A DNA stretch of 64,000 bases from Octopus sinensis (taxonomy: Eukaryota): positions 38,502,001 through 38,566,000 of the forward strand of contig NC_043013.1 in assembly GCF_006345805.1 (NCBI RefSeq), given 5' to 3'. The notes beneath the pieces were generated by a model. That model was not told the origin of the DNA, did no database searches, and saw only the letters and a list, made by a program, of their open reading frames with translations. This document shows positions 41,665-54,460 of the stretch, in pieces; position 1 is the stretch's first letter; each line of letters begins with the position of its first letter. A program made the translations under genes and the position numbers.

Positions 41665-43166
41665 TATATGCACATATATACTCACACACACACATATATA
41701 TATATATATACATATATCCATAGATACACACACACGCATATATATATATATATATATACGATTCCCCGTAATTGTAATGATATACGATCATAAACAGATC
41801 AACATATCAGACTCTAGCAGAGAGGCACGTACACGCACAGACACTTACAAACACTTACACACTCACACACACACACACACGCACACACGGTTTGCACGGT
41901 TTGCACACCTATACTTGGAATAGGGAGGCAGGAAACAGAGAACCAAGGCAGACACCATTGATGCATTTTCCATCTTTGACCTAGCGTTTTCGGTTTAGTG
42001 AGAAAAAAAGGCCCCCTAAATCATGAAGAAAACTATATATATATTCATGTGACTTGCACACTAACTATTAATATTTTTATCTCCTGAAAATTGCTCACTA
42101 CATCTCATCAAACCCATTCACTTCTCTGCTCCACCACCATCACTTACTGGCCAACAGCGTAACTACATTCGAAAGCTTTCTTGAAGCAACATGAAATATT
42201 AGACTTAGTTAAGTAAGCTGCAAAATGGCGACCAGAGTCCTTCAGGGCAATATTGCTGTACGCTGGTTATAACATTTGAACTTTAATTTTTCTTTCTTTC
42301 TTTTAGATTTGTATTTTTTTGGTTTGGAACGTGTACGCTATATATCTTCTTGGTAGTTATAGAGTCTTTTGTTGATGCAGTACTTTTTGGTTTTTTTTGT
42401 TATTGGTGGTGGTGGTGGTGGTGATAGCGGTGGTAATATTTGGCCCACGTTGTGGTGTGATCGAGTAAAGCTTATTATAAAAATCGTTTCAGCCGTGACG
42501 AGCAGATTTATTTTTCTCAGCCAGAGACGCCTCTCTAGGACCACATCAACGAAAGGCATCTTCATGGCAGCGAGTGTGTGATTTATATATTTGGCTGCTA
42601 TGACTTGTAGATCGAATAACAGTCTATACGCTTACTTGTTCTTGTTGTTACTGTTGTTGCTGTTTTGGTGGTGATTGCCGTCGTCGTGGTAGAAAAAAGT
42701 GTCTTGCTGGCGTCGGAGTTGGAAGTGATACTTAACGCCAGCTCGTTCCTGATCAAGAAAAAATATTTATCATTAATGGCGTCGCTGCAGTTTCCATTAA
42801 TCATTTCTCTTTTCCTCGTTTCAGTTACTGGAGTGTGCGCATGCTCGAACACTGATGAAACCTCTTTCGTTTAACTAAACGACCAAAGTACTCATCTTTT
42901 CCACATTGGTAGTTATTCGAACATTCTATTTCTTCGGCCGATACCTTTCACTAAGAGGTAAGCAAAGTCACACTGATTGCCTAGTGGTAGGAGAGCGAAT
43001 AGAAACACAAAGACACACACATTATACACATACATCCACATATATGTATATGTGTGTGTGTTTGTGTATATGCGTGTGTGCGTGAGTGTATATGTATATA
43101 CGTATGTACAAAATGTGACAGCTCACTTTTGATGCAGATTGATGAAGTGCCTCTGTAATTTCTGAT

Positions 43167-43325
43167 TTCTAAACTGCCCACAAGGGGCTACACACAATGC
43201 GCACAAACAAGGACAGACAAACGGATTAAGTCGATTATATCGACCCCAGTGCGTAACAGGTATTTATTTAATCGACCCCGAAAGGATGAAAGGCAACATT
43301 GACCTCGGCGGGATTTGAACTCAAA
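43167..43325 (-). mobile_element. SINE body unit (same family as the arrays)
   Basis: CCCACAAGGGGCTA..CAAACGGATTAAGTCGATTATATCGACCCCAGTGCG..GGCGGGATTTGAACTC. Confidence 0.85.
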
Positions 43326-43611
43326 ACTGCAAATAGCAGGTTGATTTTCACTTCGGAATTTTACGTAAACTGTTGGAAATAGAGTTGATAATAAAGGAAT
43401 ATTAACGAATCATTAAAGATGTGTTAAAACATTTTGTTTTAAGTTCTTATATACATAAAATAAATTTCGATTCATATTTACGGCTCTGATGAAGCTGAAA
43501 GTTGTTACTTGGACACCCATCTATGTGTCCACTGCATCTTATAGCGGAAGCAGCTGTAATAAGGTCATAGGGTATTCGTTTATAATTTGTCGTCTCATTC
43601 TGTTATGTATA

Positions 43612-43688
<77 letters not shown>

Positions 43689-43746
43689 ATATATATAATA
43701 TATATATATATAATATATATATATATGTTTGTATATATATATATAT

Positions 43747-46697
43747 ATATATAAGAAAATAGTAAAGTGTGAAAAAACGACAGAAGGCTTAAATTTTAAA
43801 AATATATATATTTGGTCTCAAAATGTCTGGAGAATATTGGAAAAATTTTTTCCTTTCCTTAAAATGACATAATTATAAAATTTTTAAAGAAATTACCGGT
43901 TTCGCGTGTAGCTTTTCAAATTTCTTGTGACGTTATGTTTATATTGCATGGAGTTATCGTTGTTTTTATTAACAGGAGATTTCTAAATAAGGGGAGGTAG
44001 TGAGTGATTTCTTCCGGTGTAAGGGAGATAATCGCTTAAAAAAATTTTTTTCTCCTTTTCCTTGTTAATTTCTCTGTGTCAGTATGTTCGGATGGTTGAG
44101 TCTGGGTTTGTACTTTTCAATGAAGAATGTTTCGTTGTTCAGTCTCATTTGTGTTGATGATCCGAAAGCACATTGGTAAAATAGGAAGATTAAAAATTGT
44201 GGCAGTATTGCTTTGCGCATTTCTCAATGTGCTCACTAAAAGGTATCATTCTATATTCTGGGAATGCAATCTGTTGTCGATGCAGTGTGCATCTACGCGC
44301 CTGAGTGATAGTCCCGTTGAACCCACGTAGTCTTGGTGGCAGCCCGAGCATTTAATAACATAAATTATGTTTTCAGAGGCACAAGTAAAGTTAGATTTGA
44401 TCTTGAATTTCTGTCCCTCTTTAAAGAAGAATTCTGATCCTTCCAATAGGTTAGGACATGTTGCACAGTTCGATCTACCACATTTTTTTACTTTTGCATC
44501 CGTAATTTTAGAAGACAATTTTGCCTTTGTGAGAATCTTTTTAAGTGATTTAGGCTGTTTGTAGCTTTTAATGATTTGGTGTATGTTTAGAATTTCCTTT
44601 AATTTTGGGTTTTTATGAAGTATTGGTAAATTCTGGGTGATGATGGTGAAGGCTTCTTTGTTTCTGGGGTTGTATGTAGATATGTAAGGTAGTATTTTCG
44701 GGGAAGGTGTGTGTTGTGTGTTGAACTTTTCTTAAAGTTTCTATGTTGATTTCTGTTGCACGTCTGATCCCATCCTCTATGAGTTGAGCTGGGTAATGTC
44801 TGTCAATTAGGGTGTTTTTGAGTTCTTGCAGTCTAAAGTTCCTGGTATTTTGTTCTGACACTATTGTGCATATCCTTCTTGCAAGGTTGAAGGGGATGTT
44901 TGTTTTAGTGTGTCTTGGGTGGCATGAATTAAAAGAAGGTATTGTTTGGCGTCTGTGGCTTGTGTAAAAAATGTCTGTTTCTATTTTAAGGTTAATTTTT
45001 TTAATTAGTATATCCAAGAACGGGAGCTCCTTTTGGTTGTATTCCATTGTGAACTGTATATTTGGGTTTATGCTGTTCAATAGGTTTTTAAATTTTAGGA
45101 GTTTATCTATGTTTTCATTCCAGAGAATGAACCAATCGTCTAGGAATCGTTTCCAATTCTCTTTTATGTATTGAGAGAGGGAGTTTCCAAAGATTGATAG
45201 AGATTCCTGGTAAATGATTATTTCCATGTATCCCATTGTTAAGTTCGCAATGACTGGTGCTGCCCTTGTACCCATAGCAATTCCGGATTTTTGACGGTAA
45301 AATGTATTGTCAAACATGAAGTGGTTATTGTGTAGGATGAATTCAATTGATTTAGTAATGAATTCCTTACTGATCCTTTTTGGTATTTCTTCCGGAAATT
45401 GGTCTAACCAGAACTGTATTGCCTCCAGTCCATAATTATGAGGTATACTGGTATACAAGTTAACTACATCAAATGAAACCAGGATTGTTTCTTCTTCCTT
45501 GGTTTTTTTTGGAAGGTGGTTTAACATATCTAAGTCATCTCTGATATGGCTATCGATATGTTTAAGGAAGGGTTTCAGGAGGATGTCCATAAGTAGACTT
45601 AGTCTGTGTGTTTCACAGGTTGGGCCAGCTACAATGGGTCGTAGTTTTAGGTCCCCCCGCATTAGGTGTGTGTATGTATGTCTTTGGTGATTTTTAATGG
45701 TTTTTTTCATTTATATTTGACTTTTATGAATTTTTGGCAGACCATAGAAAAGGCTAGGTTTGCATTTAAAGTTTGTTAGGAAATCAATCTCTTTGGTTGT
45801 CAGTTCCTTTTCATGGGTTTTAATTAGTGAAGATAGAGTTTTCATTATTTTTTGTGGGGTGTAGTTGGTAATTTTTTCATAACGTAGGTCTTCATCAAGC
45901 AAGGAAATTACAAGATTTCTGTAGTATGATGTATCCATTATTACAACTGCATTTCCCTTGTCCGCTTCCTTAATGGTTATATCTTCATCATTTTGGAGTT
46001 CTATCAGTTCTTTCCATTGTGTATGTTAAAATTTGGGTTAGCTTTCTGTTATGTATAGTATGGTAGGGGAGTTCTCATGTGGTTACAGAATTCGTCAAGA
46101 TCTTTATTTCTTCCTCTGTGTGGGATGTGTTCACTTTTGTTCTTGACTAGTGATTCATCTTCAGTATTGAAACTGTTTGATGCTTCTGCTAGTCTTAATT
46201 TTCTGCAAAATTCTGTTATATTATCCTTGAGTTCATTTAGGTTTGCTCTGCGTGGAGTTGGTGTAAATTTGAGCCCTTTTGCGAGGATGTCAATTTTTAT
46301 GTTAGAAAGAGGTTTGGTTGAAAGATTGATTATCTTCGGTTTTTCTTTATTACTAGGTTCCAGCCTGTGTCCTGGTGTCCCTAGTCCCTGGCTAAAAAAT
46401 GTTGGGTGTAATTTTGTTTGTATGAGTTGTCTGTGAGGTTGTGTGGTATTTGGTCGGGGGAGTGGTGTTATTGTTGCCTCCGATCGTTGTGTGTGTGTGG
46501 GAATCTATGGTTGTTAATGCTTGTGGTGTGTGTAAAATTTCTGTATGGGAAATATTTTTGTTTCGAACTTCTTGTATGTGGGATGTTGCTTGACATAGTG
46601 TTTCTTTGCGTTTGTATTGCGTTTAGTGGGGACCAGTAGTTTTGGTTCATGGGGTAGTAGTGATTTGTGTGTGGTGTATTTTTACTAGTGTCGTATT
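43747..46697 (-). mobile_element. Penelope-like retroelement (Neptune-type), left arm of palindrome
   Basis: KGLKFTPTP, FYGLPKIHK, LRPIVAG, LVSFDVVNLYTSIP, GIAMGTRAAP, RFLDD, INPNIQFTME, LPFLD, then CGRSNCATC linker and GIY-YIG (IIYVIKC..C..YVGST); several frameshifts. Confidence 0.92.
43887..43926 (-). ncRNA. Minimal type I hammerhead ribozyme, U3:A8 variant
   Basis: AAGAAAT-TTGAAAA-GC-TACAC-GC-GAAAC-CG-GTA-ATTTCTT; 7-bp stem I, palindromic ACCGGT in stem III. Confidence 0.7.
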
Positions 46698-49600
46698 ACA
46701 ACCACGCTAGACTTAACAGGGAACTAGCTGACAGAGGACGCGTCTATGAAAGAAAGAAATTACACCAAAAACAGAACAAACCAACAACATCCTAATACCA
46801 GACCCAACCACCATACAGCTCAATACGACACTAGGATAAGAAATACACCACACACAAATCACTACTACCCCATGAACCAAAACTACTGGTCCCCACTAAA
46901 CACAAGACAAACGCAAAGAAACACTATGTCAAGCAACATCCCACATACAAGAAGTTCGAAACAAAAATATTTCCCATACAGAAATTTTACACACACCACA
47001 AGCATTAACAACCATAGATTCCCACACACACACACGATCGGAGGGGCAACAATACCACCACTCCCCCGACTAAATACCACACAACCTCACAGACATCTCA
47101 TACAAACAAAATTACACCCAACATTTTTTAGCCCGGGGACTAGGGACACCAGGACACAGGCTGGAACCTAGTAAGTAATAAGGAAAAACCGAAGATAATC
47201 AATCTTTCAAACCAAACCTCTTTCTAACATAAAAATTGACATCCTCGCAAAAGGGCTCAAATTTACACCAACTCCACGCAGAGCAAACCTAAATGAACTC
47301 AAGGATAATATAAAGAATTTTGCAGAAAATTAAGACTAGCAGAAGCATATCAAACAGTTTCAATACTGAAGATGAATCACTAGTCAAGAACAAAAGTGAA
47401 CACATCCCACATAGAGGAAGAAATAAAGATCTTGACGAATTCTGTAACCACATTGAGAACTTCCCCTACCATACTATACATAAACAGAAAGCTAACCAAA
47501 TTTAACACTACACAATGGAAAGAACTGATAGAACTCCAAAATGATGAAGATATAACCATAAGGAAGCGGACAAGGGAAATGCAGTTGTAATAATGGTACA
47601 TCATACTACAGAAATCTTGTAATTCCTTGCTTGATGAAGACCTACGTTATGAAAAAATTACCAACTACACCCAAAAAAATAATGAAAACTCTATCTTCAC
47701 TAATTAAAACCCATGAAAAGGAACTGACAACCAAAGAGATTGATTCCTAACAAACTTAAATGCAAACCTAGCCTTTTCTATGGTCTGCCAAAAATTCATA
47801 AAAGTCAATTATATGAAACCATTAAAAAATCACCAAAGACATACATACACACACCTAATGCGGGGGGACCTAAAACTACGACCCATTGTAGCTGGCCCAA
47901 CCTGTGAAACACACACAGACTAAGTCTACTTATGGACATCCTCCTGAAACCCTTCCTTAAACATATCGATAGCCATATCAGAGAGACTTAGATATGTTAA
48001 ACCACCTTCCAAAAAAAACCAAGGAAGAAACAATCCTGGTTTCATTTGATGTAGTCAACTTGTATACCAGTATACCTCATAATTATGGACTGGAGGCAAT
48101 ACAGTTCTGGTTAGACCAATTTCCGGAAGAAATACCAAAAAGGATCAGTAAGGAATCATTACTAAATCAATTGAATCATCCTACACAATAACCAATCATG
48201 TTTGACAATACATTTTACCGTCAAAAATCCGGAATTGCTATGGGTACAAGGGCAGCACCAGTCATTGCGAACTTAACAATGGGATACATGGAAATAATCA
48301 TTTACCAGGAATCTCTATCAATCTTTGGAAACTCCCTCTCTCAATACATAAAAGAGAATTGGAAACGATTCCTAGACGATTGTTTCATTCTCTGGAATGA
48401 AAACATAGATAAATTCCTAAAATTTAAAAACCTATTGAACAGCATAAACCCAAATATACAGTTCACAATGGAATACAACCAAAAGGAGCTCCCGTTCTTG
48501 GATATACTAATTAAAAAAATTAACCTTAAAATAGAAACAGACATTTTTTACAAAGCCACAGACGCCAAACAATACCTTCTTTTTAATTCATGCCACCCAA
48601 GACACACTAAAACAACATCCCCTTCAACCTTGCAAGAAGGATATGCACAATAGTGTCAGAACAAAATACCAGGAACTTTAGACTGCAAGAACTCAAAAAC
48701 ACCCTAATTGATAGACATTACCCAGCTCAACTCATAGAGGATGGGATCAGACGTGCAACAGAAATCAACATAGAAACTTTAAGAAAAGTTCAACACAACA
48801 ACACACCTTCCCCGAAAAATACTACCTTACATATCTACATACACCCCAGAAACAAAGAAGCCTTCACCATCATCACCCAGAATTACCAATACTTCATAAA
48901 AACCCAAAATTAAAGGAAATTCTAAACATACACCAAATCATTAAAAGCTACAAACAGCCTAAATCACTTAAAAAGATTCTCACAAAGGCAAAATTGTCTT
49001 CTAAAATTACGGATGCAAAAGTAAAAAAATGTGGTGGTAGATCGAACTGTGCAACATGTCCTAACCTATTGGAAGGATCAGAATTCTTCTTTAAAGAGGG
49101 ACAGAAATTCAAGATCAAATCTAACTTTACTTGTGCCTCTGAAAACATAATTTATGTTATTAAATGCTCGGGCTGCCACCAAGACTACGTGGGTTCAACG
49201 GGACTATCACTCAGGCGTAGATGCACACTGCATCGACAACAGATTGCATTCCCAGAATATAGAATGATACCTTTTAGTGAGCACATTGAGAAATGCGCAA
49301 AGCAAATACTGCCACAATTTTTAATCTTCCCATTTTACCAATGTGCTTTCGGATCATCAACACAAATGAGACTGAACAACGAAACATTCTTCATTGAAAA
49401 GTACAAACCCAGACTCAACCATCCGAACATACTGACACAGAGAAATTAACAAGGAAAAGGGAGGAAAAAAATTTTTTAAGCGATTATCTCCCTTACACCG
49501 GAAGAAATCAGTCACTACCTCCCCTTATTTAGAAATCTCCTGTTAATAAACACAACGATAACTCCATGCAATATAAACATAACGTCACAAGAAATTTGAA

Positions 49601-49769
49601 AAGCTACACGCGAAACCGGTAATTTCTTTAAAAATTTTATAATTATGTCATTTTAAGGAAAGGAAAAAAATTTTTCCAATATTCTCCAGACATTTTGAGA
49701 CAAATATATATATTTTTTAACATTTAAGCCTTCTGTCGTTTTTTCACACTTTACTATTTGCTTATATAT
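46698..49769 (+). mobile_element. Penelope-like retroelement (Neptune-type), right arm of palindrome
   Basis: Reverse complement of the left arm from 46821, with about 123 nt of extra 5' sequence. RT ORF pieces at 47994-48913; EN ORF at 48994-49449 (IIYVIKCSGCHQDYVGSTG..H..EH..FFIEKYKPRLN). Confidence 0.92.
49589..49628 (+). ncRNA. Minimal type I hammerhead ribozyme, U3:A8 variant
   Basis: Identical 40-nt motif in the right arm, about 140 nt downstream of the ORF stop. Confidence 0.7.
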
Positions 49770-49832
49770 TCACCCACGTGCTATACCAAACAAACTTTCT
49801 TATCTATATATATATATATATATATATATATA

Positions 49833-50230
49833 GCGCAGGAGTGGCTGTGTGGTAAGTAGCTTGCTTACCAACCACATAGCTCCGGGTTCAGTCCCACTGC
49901 GTGGCATCTTGGGCAAGTGTCTTCTGCTATAGTCTGGGGCCGACCAATGCCTTGTGAGTGGATTTGGTAGACGGAAATTGAAAGAAGCCTGTCGTATATA
50001 TGTATATATATATATGCATGTGTTTGTATGTTTGTGTATCTGTATTTGTCCTCCTAGCATTGCTTGACAACCGATGCTGGTGTGTCTATGTCCCCGTCAC
50101 CTAAAAGAGACCGATAGAATAAGTACTGGGCTTACAAAGAATAAGTCCCGGGGTCGATTTGCTCGACTAAAGGCGGTGCTCCAGCATGGCCGCAGTCAAA
50201 TGACTGAAACCAGTAAAAGAGTCAAAGAGT
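49833..50230 (+). mobile_element. tRNA-derived SINE, full length (reference copy)
   Basis: A box TGGCTGTGTGG, B box GGGTTCAGTCCC, GTGAGTGGATTTGGTAGACGGAAA core, tail GGCGGTGCTCCAGCATGGCCGCAGTCAAATGACTGAAAC. Confidence 0.9.
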
Positions 50231-50864
50231 AAAAGAATATATATATATATATATAAATGTACATATATGTGTGTGTGTACATATATACATATGTATATAT
50301 ATATATGTAAGCATGTATACTTACATATATATACATATATATATATATATAATGGGATTCTACACAACTTTCGTCTATCAAACAGTCTTTTACAAATTTA
50401 GAGGTTATGTTGGCTGCTATTTCTAGTATCAAGCAGCAAACAATTTCCATGATATATTTCACTGCATACATTGTTGCTTCCCTTTGTTTGTGTCGAAAAG
50501 AAGTCTTTTTTTCCCCTATCTGTTACTATTTTACTATTGTCGTTGCTCTTCTTGCTACTATAGTCTATACGTTGCAGGGCGTATACTGCTGCTGCTGCCA
50601 CTTCTGCCTCTGCTGCTGCTGCTGCTGTTGCTGTTGCTGCTGGTAGATATGTTGTGATGATCTGGGGTTTTTTTTGTGGTTGTCTATTCCAGCAATTTAA
50701 TGGCAAGTGATATTCTTTAGAAAAAAGACTTCATTCTTTGTATTATCGATTATTTGCCCAAGCAAATGGTCTCAGAAGTATAATTAAGTGGAAAAGAGAT
50801 TACGTGACATTTATGCAATCCTGAAGGGATTTATTGGTGTATGTATAAATATATATGTACATAT

Positions 50865-50938
<74 letters not shown>

Positions 50939-51092
50939 CATATGTCTACGTATAGATAGATAGATACATAGATATGTGTGTGTATACCAAGTCTCTCATG
51001 CTCTCGTATTCTCTTTCTAAATATATATGCACACATGTATAGATGCATATATATATGTATACGTCTCTCTCTCTCTCTCTCGCTCTCTCTCC

Positions 51093-51135
<43 letters not shown>

Positions 51136-52124
51136 ATATATATATACATCAGCCATTATGTCTTGGACTTTTTCCGAACTTGGATTCCACGACTTGAGAG
51201 TTAGTCATCATTCCAATCGTTACAGCATGAAACTGAAAATGCAATTTAAAAAAGGAAAAAAAAACAAAAAAAACGAAAACAAAAAAGGCTCATTAATTTT
51301 ATCGTATAGCATGAATGCAATGTCGTGATTGGTGCAATATTTAATGAGATTACAGATCCTATTGAATTAAGCTATCGCCGTGAAAATATGTAGTAAATTG
51401 TTGATAATATATGGGATTTCTATAGTAACCTGTGGACTATGATATTATCTTCGTTGTGACGTGGCACAAATATAAAGCCTTCAGAAAAATATGGAAAGAC
51501 GATCATCTGATACTTGATTGACTTCCTAGAAACAATATCCAGATCTTATTTACGGAGTAGTAATGGACATACTTGAATTGTATATTTATAAACACACAAA
51601 TTTATAAGGAAAATGCGTGATGGCAACACCTGGAAAATCATTATCTGAGTTCTACTGGATCACAGCTGTCCTCCAGAAATGTTATTGAGGAAGAGCATAT
51701 AAAAGAACAATATTTTGGTGCATATGTGTTGCTGTGCCCATATATAGGTTGTAACATGGTCACCTTAAGCTTGCTGACTTCTTATCTCTCGTAGCCAACC
51801 GTAAAAGTGTGAATGAGAGAGGAAAGAAACTAACCTAATTTCTTTATCGTCCCCAAAGAGACGGTAAGGTACTATCAGTTTCTGCGAGATTTGAGCTAAG
51901 AGGTCAGAAAGCCGGACTAAATACTTCGAGATATAATCAACACCATTCACCATTCTGCTCATTGCCACCATTTAAAACATGTTGAGAAGATAGTACTGAA
52001 GATTTTAAATTTTGTGTTCGATTAAAGTCGAATTTGTACGTTTTGCCTGAAACACTACGTTACTAACGACACAACACAAACACAAACACACGTGCGTACA
52101 TATGCCCTCAAAATCATACACACA

Positions 52125-52470
52125 ACACACACACATATATATGAGACCCCCTTCGGTCATGACTGACCGTGAGATTGCACCTAGTAAGTTACCCTGCCAG
52201 GTACAAGCCCGGGCAAGGTTGTTTAAGGAAGACCAGCTGTCGCCCATGCATACCGGCGTTCCCTCTCCATGCCACCAGTTTTATTCAAGGGAAAGGCAAG
52301 GACCGATACAGCTTGGCACCAGTGACGTCGCAACTCAATTCTACAGCTGAATGAACTGGAGCAACGTGAAATAAAGTGTCTTGCTCAAGAATACAACACG
52401 CAGACCGGTCCGGGATTCAAATTCACAAACTCACGATCGCAAGCTCGACGCTCTAACCACTGAGCCACAC
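52125..52470 (-). mobile_element. tRNA-derived SINE, second family
   Basis: Reverse head GGCTCAGTGGTTAGAGCGTCGAGC..GAATTTGAATCCC; homologous to 27345-27665. Confidence 0.85.
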
Positions 52471-52953
52471 ACCTGCTATATATCTATATTGATTTCTCTC
52501 AACTCTCTTGATTTCTGTCTGTGTCTCTTACTCCAATTCTTTCAATGTGGACTCCAATAAAACAGCAAATGGAAAGTAAAAGAGCATAGTAGATAAGCTT
52601 GTGAATGTATAATGTATAGAGGTTAACTTAGTTAAGGAAGAAACAGAAATTGTTAAAGAAAATTGCAATCGATATTAAACCAGGAAACGAACGACGCTAA
52701 CAATAATGAGTTCTAGTAAAAGCAGAAACCTGCATACGAATACACAAATATGCATACACACACACAAACACACACATGCACACACATATATGCGTGTGTG
52801 TATATATATATGAAAACCAAAACAATTCGAATTCTGAGTGGTGATAATACTATTCGATGGGCTGCGCCAATAGCTTGTTTTTTTTTTAAATTTCCGACTT
52901 AGGACTGTTATTTATTAGCTATGTGCACACAAGAAAATTAAAGTTTAAAACGG

Positions 52954-53330
52954 TTCATCTATATAGGGCACTGCGTCATGCAAACCATTCCAGCTGTATT
53001 GGACAGACGAATATGACCTTGAGATGAAGAACCACTCCACATAAAGAGCAAATGCGTTTCCCACAATAGAGACAAATTCCTCTCTGTGAACATATAGAAA
53101 AATGTGCAGATAACATCAAACCAAATTTAATACTCTTTCCTTTCTAACAGTTCAAAAATACAATTTTTCCTGAATAACGTTTAATAAAGAAAATTTTTTC
53201 ACCGAAAATACTGAACACATCTTAAAATGCACGCATACCCAACATTTATCTATTTACATATTTCAATTCACGATTATATCACTGTACACAAATCCCTTCA
53301 CTAAACAAGATTTTCGAATTTTTTTTGTGT
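52954..53330 (+). pseudogene. Decayed GIY-YIG endonuclease of a second Penelope-like family
   Basis: Fragments FIYIGHC, CIGQTNMTLR*RTTPHKEQ and EHILKC..HLSIYIFQF parallel the EN of the main element (IIYVIKC, YVGSTGLSLRRRCTLHRQQ, EHIEKC..QFLIFPF). Confidence 0.55.
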
Positions 53331-53513
53331 GCACAAATATATTTCCCTACATTTACCGAAAGTTGAACAGTTATCTCCCCTGCCAACAACAATAACAATA
53401 ATAACGATGATCAATTTTTTACTATTGTTGAAGTCATTCAGTTGTAAATAGTATCACACACAACATAGACAAAAATTTCTTCTGAAGAGAATACACATTC
53501 AAATAAGTAAACC

Positions 53514-53556
53514 TTAATATCATGAATAGCGACAGCGAAACCGGTCAATATATTAA
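53514..53556 (+). ncRNA. Minimal hammerhead-like motif, A3:U8 variant, stem I damaged
   Basis: TTAATATC-ATGAATA-GC-GACA-GC-GAAAC-CG-GTC-AATATATTAA, downstream of the decayed EN. Confidence 0.55.
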
Positions 53557-53848
53557 AAATTATATTAAAACTATGTAAAGTGTGAGTATTTTCCTTTTTT
53601 AATTCCTTATATATAGTAAAATTATCATTATAAGAGATAATCTATTAAACGATGTTTAATAATGTGCATCAAACAAAATGAACTAAAGCAGATTTTGTTG
53701 CTAATTATGGATTTATAAATTCCTTGTTCAATACTTTCAGACAACTGTTTCTGTCAAAAACAGGACAATAACAAACAAATAATAAAAAAAAATACAAATA
53801 TGTATATTATTATTATCCTGTAATTTCTTTTTGAACATCATCAGTGAA

Positions 53849-53977
53849 ATATAATTAAGCTTAAGGACTTAATACCATGAGTTTTTTTCTTTAGCTATTA
53901 TAATGCATAAGGAATAGATTTCTACACTTTCAACTTGCAATTTAGTATATATATATATGCATATATGTGTGTGTGTG

Positions 53978-54021
<44 letters not shown>

Positions 54022-54152
54022 ATATATATACACACACATATATGAATATATATATACTAAATTGCAAGTTGAAAGTGTAGGAATCTATTTCTTTTGCATC
54101 ATAATAGCTAAGGAAAAAACTCATGGTATTAAGTCCTTAAGCTTAATTATAT
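53849..54152. repeat. Foldback: ~105-bp inverted arms around a TA/CA microsatellite
   Basis: ATTAAGCTTAAGGACTTAATACCATGAG..CACTTTCAACTTGCAATTTAGTATAT and its reverse complement with a few mismatches. Confidence 0.88.
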
Positions 54153-54224
54153 ATATATATATATACATATATATAAGACTCAAGACAAATTTAAAGGTGA
54201 TTGTTACGATCGAGAGGTGAGACA

Positions 54225-54460
54225 CAATGACCCTTCTCTGTGCACTGTAGTTTGTGACAGACCATGCTTTTCTTTTGCTGGGCTCAAATCTCATTTGCTA
54301 ACCCGTGGAAAACAAACCTACGCCAACTGTTCTTCCTATATGTCTGTGCACACTATCCAATGCAATGTATGCCAGAAGGTCTGCAAAAGACATTTTAAGA
54401 TCCACAAAGATCAGAACTTAACTGCAGCTCTGGGTGGTCCAACTCGGATATGCAATCTAT
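54225..54460 (+). mobile_element. Possible RTE-like LINE 3' zinc-finger fragment
   Basis: CDRPCFSFAGLKSH and CNVCQKVCK..HFKIH motifs, followed by (CATA)n. Confidence 0.5.

Noticed and set aside
43486-43510. CTGATGAAGCTGAAAG as a hammerhead core
   Set aside because: No room for stem II, and no stem I/III pairing.
46746-47171. 141-aa ORF as a separate accessory gene in the palindrome centre
   Set aside because: Low-complexity N/T/H-rich sequence continuous with the frameshifted N-terminal region of the Penelope-like ORF.
51765-51971. Minus ORF MVAMSRMVNGVDYISKYLVRL.. with GTTAGT donor
   Set aside because: No recognisable homology and an in-frame stop right before the ATG; insufficient support.
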